Shown one piece after another: positions 1 through 8,510 of a DNA stretch of 20,000 nucleotides. Source of the stretch: Lobosporangium transversale (Eukaryota). Both the position numbers and the translations under genes were made by a program. Position 1 is the first letter of the stretch. The number at the start of each line of letters is the position of its first letter. Location of the stretch: positions 357,493 through 377,492 of the forward strand of contig NW_019029020.1 of assembly GCF_002105155.1 (NCBI RefSeq), given 5' to 3'. A model generated the notes under the pieces. That model saw only the letters and a list, made by a program, of their open reading frames with translations, did not search any database and was not told the origin of the DNA.

Positions 1-1
1 T

Positions 2-136
2 CCTTACAACAGCGCCCTTGGAGAAAGGTTGGACAAACCTTCATCCTCCACAATATTAAACACAGTACGAAGAATAGATGATGAAGATGCACGACTGAAA
101 GTAGATCCTGATATCGATAAGATACTCGTCCTTTAA
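2..136 (+). CDS. Possible 3' end of a gene entering from upstream (...RRIDDEDARLKVDPDIDKILVL*)
   Basis: Frame 2 is open from base 2 to TAA at 134-136 with protein-like composition, followed by AT-rich sequence and an A22 tract. No recognisable motif. Confidence 0.4.
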   Translation, partial: PYNSALGERLDKPSSSTILNTVRRIDDEDARLKVDPDIDKILVL

Positions 137-206
137 ACTCATCACATTCCATGACTAGAACAATTCACAGGGACGTTATTTAAAGTCTAATATACATACA
201 TGTATT

Positions 207-228
207 AAAAAAAAAAAAAAAAAAAAAA
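207..228 (+). repeat. Poly(A) tract (A22)
   Basis: Direct reading. Similar homopolymer tracts occur at 5946-5975, around 15089-15107, 15165-15189 and 16813-16833. Confidence 0.95.
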
Positions 229-1780
229 GTGGCCATTTTCTAAAGTCCAGGTACGTAAAAGCGAACGAAGATTTAAAATACTGTTAATCAGGGACGCCAT
301 ATGAAAGAGTCGCTATCCACTTGTAATGTGAGCTAAATGGGATCCCATATTTACTCTCGAAGCAAGCGAGAAAAGAAATGTCCAATGGTATTACCAAGAA
401 CTTTATACTCGGCATCAGATAAATTTTTATTTTCAACATTCCATCTCCCCACCCTGTTTTCCATGAAAAGTTGGACCCGCCACCCCAATTCTAGAGTGTA
501 TTACAAACACGTGCCGTCTTTTTTTCAGACTTTTCGTAGGTCAAATACGCGTCTACTAGGCAAAGCGTGAAATGTACCAAATGACTAACTTCTACAAGTA
601 AAACGTTTTAATTCCTTATCTAGCATTTAACTGCTTTGCTTAGTAGCTCCTTGACTTTATTCTTTCATGAGAAACATGCAGAGATGGCCAAGGCACCGAA
701 ACCTTGACTGGCAACAAATGTTCTGATTTTCTGATTGGCTGATGAAGACAGAAAAAGGAAGGGTTTTCATCCGTGCATCTGAAAGATGCTGTCATTTGTA
801 AAAAGATAACCAAAGGACACAAATCTTTGATCAAATGTGAATATGCCGAACAGTCTGTTTTCAGCATAAAAAGATGGATCTAATGACGACTGCGATGTGT
901 CTGACAGTGAACATTAGCTGCAGAGGTCAGGTTAGGGTGCATGGGTCGCTTGCCGATGTTCTTGAATGAAACAAGTGTCCGAGAGTAGAAAAAGTGGTCC
1001 AGTGAGAAGGAAGATTAAAAGAGAGCAAAAAGAATTTTTAAGCTATCAGGCTAGCCTCGGGCAAAAAGATAGATGAAAAATAAGGATGCATGGCATGAAT
1101 TCAAGGATCACTAAAGACTTAAAACAGCTCAATATCACTATCTCCATTCCTCTTAGCGACCCTTTTTAATTGTTTCTGTTTGTGTCTCTTTTTGGTGTCT
1201 GTTCCCCTGGCTCACAGAAACACTTGTTCTCTTTTCTTCTTTTTCCTCGTTTTCAACTATAGAACAGCATGAGCCTTAGCATAGACTGCATTCATCTGTA
1301 TGTCCAGCATGTCTTGTTGTCGTATTGTCTTTTCTCTCCCCGTCTGTGTCTGAATATATGTGTTTCCGAATGTGTTGCTTCTAAACTGTTGCTTCACAAC
1401 CTTGATCCATTTTCTTGACATCCCTCTGCCTTTCAAACACCTCAACAAGTAACAATAACAATACACCCTCCAAAGCAAAGCACACGGAGAGTGAGAGCGA
1501 GAGAAAAGACAGAGAGTTGTTTCCGATGGTTTCGCACAGGCTTCTGACAAAAGCTTCTTCATTCTCTCTCGTCAAGGATCGTTCATCATTTTTCTACATA
1601 AGGATCGCAGCTTCTTCTGCTTTCCTTCTCCTTCCCTCAACGCTTCTCCTGGGACGCAAACCCTAGCCCTTTTTTCTGTCTTTTTTATTGTACATACACA
1701 CTCCATTAAAATAGAAATCGACCCTATATTCCTCACCACCCTTCTGATAGTCTCCTCTTTCCTGTATATATTTATTTCTC

Positions 1781-1828
1781 CTCATTTGCTTCCCATTTGC
1801 TTCTCATTTGCTCTTCATTGGCTCATTC
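1781..1828 (+). repeat. Imperfect 11-bp tandem repeat (CTCATTTGCTT, about 4 copies)
   Basis: ctcatttgctt cccatttgctt ctcatttgctc ttcattggct cattc, in the pyrimidine-rich region upstream of the first gene. Confidence 0.8.
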
Positions 1829-1875
1829 AACATTTAGTTGCAATCTATTGAAGAGAAGAAAATTTAGACCCTGCA

Positions 1876-1962
1876 GTAAGTCAATGTGCTCCCAAAATAA
1901 ATAGTCCGTGAGCACAAAATAAAAAGAAACTCATTGTTGATCTCTATCTTCATTGTCTTCAG
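1876..1962 (+). other. Probable 5'-UTR intron (GT-AG, 87 bp) of the F-box/LRR-like gene
   Basis: Consensus donor GTAAGT at 1876 and pyrimidine-rich acceptor TTCAG ending at 1962, one base before ATG 1964. After splicing, an in-frame TAG lies three codons upstream of the ATG, so the upstream exon is non-coding. Confidence 0.6.
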
Positions 1963-1963
1963 T

Positions 1964-4900
1964 ATGGTGTTAGAAAAACACACAAACGTGACCTGGTTCA
2001 CTCCTTTGACAGCTATCACGACAAAGGCGAGTGCTTCGTTGAGGCTCAACAATGATTCCCTTCTTAATACTCCATATGAATCTGAGCCTTCCAATGGAAT
2101 CTCAAAGTCAGTCATTGATCTGTCTAAAGATCTACACTGTCCTTCACAACAAAATCAGAGCCTGACTGTGTATGGCCCTGTGTTCAACGCCAATAATACA
2201 CGAGCAGGACATACTATCGCCATGTGGCCTGTGTCTGAGTCTACGGCCACTTCCAATAGCCAGCAAGAATTAGCCTATCCCGACGATTCAATCCTGGTCC
2301 CAGTCAAAAAAAGATGCGGCTCTTACGCTTGCAAACCAGAAGACGAGAATTCGTTGTTATGTGACGAATCAAATGGCTCAAATGACTATGAATATGGCCA
2401 CTATAATGTTTACAGTATGTACTCTGCTACAAATATACCTTTGGAGCTATTAAATAGCATCTTCTTAAACCTACTGTATGTCCCAAGCGACAACCTCAAA
2501 CGACTGGCTGAAGAAAGGGATCGTGCCAGAGTCATGGCTGGCAAGCGATCTTACTGCCATACCGGGCTTATGTCGCTGTCACATCATCTCCAGCCGTACC
2601 TCATGGATATCGATTGGCCTCACAATGACTATATTGCTGCTAAATACACTAGGCAGGTGTTAAACGAGCAATACCCCCATCAATACCACTCATGCCAGTG
2701 CTATTCGCCCCATCAAAATGAGAATAGATTGTACAGCTGTACTTTTTATGACCACTACCATCAACAGCAGTTAACAAGTAATCAAAGCCCCTTTTGGCCT
2801 GCTCCATCCACCTCTGGTAAGGTGGACCTCCACGATCATGCCAATCAAGGGTTCGAATACGGCGACGAAGACTCCGAAGAGTATGAGGATTCGGAAACTC
2901 ACAGCGGTGACGGAGCCAGTCAAAGTAGATCTCAGGACAAGGAGCCAACTCTAAATAACATGATGTCAGACCTTACTGTCGAGCATCAGAATAGTGTGGC
3001 TGGTTGGGAAACAGATCACAGCGAAGACAGCGATAGTCTTGGCTATTCGAGCTCAGAAAGCCAAAACACTCGATTTGAGCTCCAAAGGATAAGTTCAACT
3101 AGCTCTTACTCGAATGAATCCGAGCCTGAGGACAGCAGTAGAACTCCCAGTGAAGGTGGGAACACAACTGATACGGAAAGCTTTCTTTCGGATTCGTCAA
3201 CAACTATTGCTAGTCCGTGCAGCAGTAGCAGTAATGCAGAAACAATCACACAAACCTACTATTCTCGTCGCATCCACGATAGTTCCTTCATTGGATCCGC
3301 TTTCTGTACAAATCTGCCATTCCTATCCGTACCTCATAGGCGAGGTATTAACAGAGTAGATGATGATCTAGGACAAGAAGAGATGATTTACCAGCTTCAC
3401 CGTGACCAATACTTTCATCCCACAACACACACATCCTTGCGATCCGATCTATACATTTGTTCTCTAGTGAATCGTCAGTGGAGAATTGCAGCACTGCAGC
3501 TTCTTTGGCAGAGTATCGTTTTAGATTCGGAAAGCTGCCGCATAGAGCCCTCAGACCCCTGTTTCTGTTGCGGAACATTCGAACAATCAAGGTAATTTAA
3601 ACAGATCATAAGCCGAAATGTAGTTTTTATGTCAGAATACCATACGCATTTTTAATGACTTTTTCAGTTGAGTGTATTCACTTTATGCACTGTTTCTTCC
3701 CTCTATATCTTAATATCCTTATCTTCCTAAACAGAGCTGCTCGGACGCGTCTCGAGGCAATGTTGGATAGTTATTTAGAAGTTTATAGCCTAGACCTTGC
3801 AAAGTGCGTTCAAACCGTAGAGCTTGATTTACGTGTGTTAATTGGAGGCTCACAGGTGGGGATCATAGCTCGTATTCTCAAGAGACTATCTCCATTTACG
3901 CATCTAAGGCTGATATGGACAGATATAGAGCCCCCAGAGGATGTAGCAAGGAAATTTGCTGGGACAATGACATCACTGAGTCCTCAAATTCGTCACGTAC
4001 ATTTTTCTGTCGGATTTGTGATTTCGAAAGTCTGGACGCGAGAGCTTGACAAAATGTTGAAGTTAACAACGATAACGCTAGAGGACCTAGGAAGTATGGA
4101 TAGTATTGAGCACGACTGGTCTAGGATCGAACGTCTTAGGATGAATGCTGTAATCCCTTGTAATATCTTTGGATACCCTGCTACACCGGCACTTGACCCA
4201 GCACATCTGACCTACCACATAGCGACAAACGCAATTTCAGGGCAGGCGTGGGAGCTAAATGAAAACCAGGTAGCCTTTGCTGATGGGCACACGTCCAGCT
4301 CGGTAGCGCAACCCATAGGGCATCCGCAGCTTACAGAATCAGCTGTTTTGTCTTCTGGTTGGTGGCGATGGTCAAGCTTGCGCAAAATCGAGATCCAAAT
4401 GCAGGATACTATCCTCCCGCGAGAATGGCTGCAAGATTTGACAGCTGTTATTGCGAAAAACTCTGCCGTTTTGAGGAAGAGACCACAACAAATTGTAGCT
4501 TCAGGCTTCGATGCTTTTACTATCGATTCGCAGATAGTCGCTGACCCGCAAATGGCTGCCACTACTTCTTTCACATCCCTAGGCCCACCATTGGAAGTCC
4601 TTAACATTGATTGTGAAGTCTCCCATCCACATAAGGATATCTTTTTTGATCTCATCCATGCTTGGGGAGATCAGCTCAAGGAATTCCACTTTACAAAAAG
4701 CGCTGAGCTGACGGATGACTTTTTCTTACTATGTCTCCAAAACATGATCAGAGTCAAAAAACTAAGTCTACGAGAATCCAGGGGCATCACAGGCGAAGGT
4801 TTCAATCCCATTAGTAGCTGTTGCAGTCCCGACGGCAGAGGCAGCAATAGTTTGTACACAATAATTTGCGATGACAAAAATAGCAATACCATTTCAGGCC

Positions 4901-5109
4901 GCGTACCCTTATTAGAGCCAACTATGGGTATGAACCAAGCGTACCTGCATAACTCCATGCACAAGCCAACTAAGACGTTTCAATGGCGACGCGACTTCCT
5001 GGAGCTTAATTTGGATCAATCGCGCGTCCGCAGCGATTTCTTAGACATGCTTAAGCTTCATTGCCCATGTGCACGATACACAGTCCGTGAAGTCCGCCAC
5101 TATCTGTAG
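1964..5109 (+). CDS. F-box/LRR (RNI-like) protein, 1000 aa; exons 1964-3591 and 3735-5109
   Basis: ORFs 1934-3595 and 3655-5109 join in frame through a phase-2 GT-AG intron (AG+A = Arg). F-box halves are IPLELLNSIFLNL and LYICSLVNRQWRIAALQLLWQSIVL. C-terminal degenerate LRR-like segments include LEVLNIDC, LKEFHFTKSAELTDDFF and VKKLSLRESRGITGEGF. The start codon is inferred. Confidence 0.75.
3592..3734 (+). other. Spliceosomal intron (GT-AG, 143 bp)
   Basis: AG|GTAATT donor and CTAAACAG acceptor. AT-rich, and its removal preserves the reading frame. Confidence 0.9.
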
Positions 5110-5330
5110 CGCTGATGTTCCAGTATGTACATGTACATTTTGTCCATAGTAATAAATGTTTCAAAAGCTGAAATATATGAGCTTTTCTGCTCCTTCTCTC
5201 AATTACCATTATTAAACCATCCAAAGTTGGTCTGTATTATTGCACTGATAGAATATCAGTTGTATCCAGTTCCCTTACCCCCTCCCCCACAAAAAAAAAC
5301 AGACTTTTTTTTATCTCTCCTTTGATCCCC

Positions 5331-5942
5331 ATGGTAGTCAAGGATAAGATAGTGCTCGAGAGTGGGCTCTTCTGGAAATTGGCGATCAAGCCCACACAAT
5401 TCAAAGGATACTTCTGTGAGCCAGTAACTCGCCAATTTGAGTCAGAGTTGGAGCCATGTAACCGCCATGATTACCGTTGGAGATGCATTTTTACCGAGAA
5501 CATGATTAACGGCAAGACCACCATTGATATTGTAATCCAGCCTGCCCAGGTCTCTTCGGCACAGTCGCAGAGAAGCCAGCAGCAGAGATCTGTCAACCAT
5601 GAGTCTGACTCAAATGCAGTAATGAGTCAATCTGAAGGCGGTTGTTTGGGACAGGGAAGGGAGTCGCGTCAAGAAGCACAGTCGCAGCTGCGATTGCGAG
5701 AACATTTTGTTGCCAGAGGAACCGAATCGCTAGAGGCTAATGGTAACGCGCAACAGCCTTGCCAGCGCCCCGCAAAGATACACTCTGGCCCTATACAAGA
5801 AAACGAGCTACCTACGCCACCAAGGATTCGGTATTCTATCATAGCGATCCACACCCCTAAACAATGGGCACCTGCAATTTCTACAACTCTCAACCATACC
5901 ACTGATGATGGCGCATCTATTCATGGCAAGTGCATCCACTCT

Positions 5943-5977
<35 letters not shown>

Positions 5978-8190
5978 ACAGCTGATCCTGATCTGCTGAT
6001 CTGATAGGATGCATACAAAAAGGGTAGCCTATCAGTAAAGGATCTGATGGTTTGGTCCACAAACTGAGTGTGCTGCACAAAAGAGGCTCTATTTAAAAGA
6101 CATGACTCCCCAAATACATATATACTGAGGCTCCTTCTTTTACTTTTATAGTTGGCCTTGATGCCGATGTAATTCTACACCGTGGTATGTATCATTTTGA
6201 AATCGTTTTTCTCGAAGACATTTCATCTTATCAAGTTCCAAGCCTTTGTTCATGCCATCGAATCCTGGACTCAATGTTCCATGAGGTCATCGCGGAGCCA
6301 ATACCCGATACTACCGGCGCCGATATTTGGTTTGAATTTACTTCAGAGGATTTGGCTCGGAGCGGTCATGGTAATGATGATGATCGAGGCAGGAAGGCCA
6401 CGACAGTTGTGGGTGCTCACATTAGCGTTCTCTCGCGGCACAAATATTTCGCTATGTGGATTGAGCGAGAAAGGGAGATGCAGAAACAGCGCCGACGCCA
6501 GGAACTGGATGAAGAGTGGCGCATACATCGAGAGAGTCAATGGCTCCTTGGACAGCATCGGCAGCATCGGCATCAGCAACAATCACCAAGATATGGCATA
6601 GATGATGAAGATGAATTAATACAACATGGATATTCTCTGCCGTATGGGGATCTAAAATATCAACAAACATTTCCAGCGCTCGAACAGACAACCCATATAT
6701 CTTCATCTTTTCTCCCACATCCACAGTCGCGCTCATACATTAAGGAATCAAATGAGACTGAGGGTATAGACCGTAGGATTACGTATCCAAGTTTTACTCC
6801 GACAACCTTATCGCACATTCACACACAGCTGCTTCCAGCATTAAGGATTCCAGTCAAAGATATATCCTTGGGCACGTTTCAAGTCATTCTATATTTTATA
6901 TATATGGGACGTATTGGCATTTCAAAACAACAGATAGCTGACATTGACTCTTACTGGAATGAAAACGCCGAGGAATATCGGCTTCCAGAAGAGGACAGTG
7001 ACAATCTACAGAGTCTTTTGGAGAAGGGTTGGTCCGCATATCGCCAGTATGATGGATCCAAGGTTGAAGACCCTAGAGGCTATCCATGCTGGACCCCAAT
7101 CAATCTGCCCCCACTTAAACCTTCGACAATAGCTGTAGAAGACTATTCCGACGGCGATGAAGTATTTGGTAAAGTTGCTGGTACTACTGATGACGATAAC
7201 CGTTCAGGGGGGCGGACATTTACAGCGCCACTCTTTGCTGCGTCTGATGGGCCTGACTGTAGTACTAATAGGCAAGGCAATACTCCATGTGTCTATACCT
7301 TCCCATCCGCGTGGATGTTTTTGCCTTGGATCTCTTGTACTCGTGGAAAGCAGGTTTTTCTAGAAAATTTAGTTGATGAGCAATCAAGATCGCCCCAAGA
7401 GGGAAATCACCACTTTAATTTGCCTTCTACAACTTCACAATTGCTCCCTCAGCCTCTTCTTGCATCTCGTTCTGCGAGTTGTTCCTGGGAAGACCTTTTA
7501 ATGGCCTCAACTCTTTATGAAATACAGGACCTTCGTGCGCTGGCCATTAAAGCGGTGGAATGTCATAGTCAGATGACACTAATTCAGGCATCGATCAGTA
7601 GCCATATGGCTGCAAAAGTAGCCCATAATGGCTTTGATGAGAGCACTTTGGATCTTCAGCTGGCTATATGCGAACAGAACTTACGTGCCTTCCTAAAACT
7701 CTATCGGTGTCCATTACTAAAGGCCAGTGGCGAGGGTCTAGCTTCCAGAACAGGGGAACCCCGTCATGCCATGTATCAGCGTGAGCAAGATTTAGATGGA
7801 GTCCAAGGGGAGATCCGCACAAGGCCATGGTGGGGAACACGAAAGGATCAGCAGCAAAGAAAAGATATGGAAAAAGGATCGGAGCAGGAGCAGCAGCAGC
7901 AGCAAGAACAGGTGAAAGAAAAAGGCCAAGAGTCAGAGTCAGAGTCAGAGTCAGAGTTAGGGACAGGAGAGCCAAAAGTCCGGGGTTTTAAAAATGAAAA
8001 AAGTGACCAAGTCGGACAAGATGAGCATCAACAACAACTGAGATCAGCACCTACGTTAGAGGCCATTGAAAAGGCGTTTGCGGCGCCGGAATGTGATGCA
8101 GCCATTGACGAGCTCTGTGAAGATATTCAAAGCCACTATCAGCCCTTGTATGATATTATGCAAATGCGATATTGCACTGGAACTGAGTAA
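5331..8190 (+). CDS. BTB/POZ-domain protein, 877 aa; exons 5331-5925 and 6152-8190
   Basis: BTB motifs are ADIWFEF, VGAHISVLSRHKYF, IPVKDISLGTFQVILYFIYMGRI and WEDLLMASTLYEIQDL. The frame of ORF 6187-8190 stays open back to the TAG acceptor at 6151. It joins ORF 5322-5999 in phase 1 through a GC donor, giving ...GASIH-V-GLDADVILHRGMYHFEIVF. Confidence 0.75.
5926..6151 (+). other. Non-canonical GC-AG intron (226 bp)
   Basis: Donor G|GCAAGT matches consensus except at +2. A branch-like TACTGAG lies at 6123-6129, followed by a pyrimidine tract and TAG ending at 6151. The neighbouring GT at 5930 gives the wrong phase. Confidence 0.7.
7884..7957 (+). repeat. Coding microsatellites: CAG run (poly-Q) and (GAGTCA)4 (Glu-Ser repeat)
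   Basis: Direct reading; they encode EQEQQQQQEQ and ESESESESE in the BTB protein tail. Confidence 0.9.
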
Positions 8191-8510
8191 AAATAAAAAT
8201 TAGCATAGACACACATTAATGAGAGGCAACAAATAAAGGCACAGGACTTGTGTTCTTATCATGACATCTGTTTCCAGAGATGCTTTATTGATTAGTTTTT
8301 ATTTATTTTTCACTTTTGCTAATTTTTTTGTTGTAGTATACATTTTTTTTTTTTGAATATCAGAAACAAAGGATGAAATGTTGTTCTCTCATCCATGGGA
8401 CGTTTGACAAATGTAATGATGGTGATGATATGAACAGCAAGATAGAAAGAAGAGAGCAAGTTGTCATCGAGCAAGCATCAGTCCCAGGTTGAATTAATAT
8501 GAGACTATGT

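Noticed and set aside
739..795. Hammerhead ribozyme (CTGATGA ... GAAA ... GTC)
   Set aside because: Core words are present, but stem II would be only 3 bp and no consistent stems I and III can be built around a cleavage triplet.
337..1666. Short ORFs (337-570, 640-867, 1257-1562, 1381-1575, 1415-1666)
   Set aside because: No recognisable motifs, several non-ATG starts, and low-complexity promoter/UTR-like composition.
3655..3734. ATG 3655 as the start of an independent gene
   Set aside because: The segment is AT-rich intron sequence ending in a good acceptor, and splicing from 3591 joins the frames exactly.
6182..6189. ATG 6187 as the true start of the BTB gene
   Set aside because: The frame is open back to an acceptor at 6151 and joins the upstream 198-codon exon; disfavoured rather than formally excluded.
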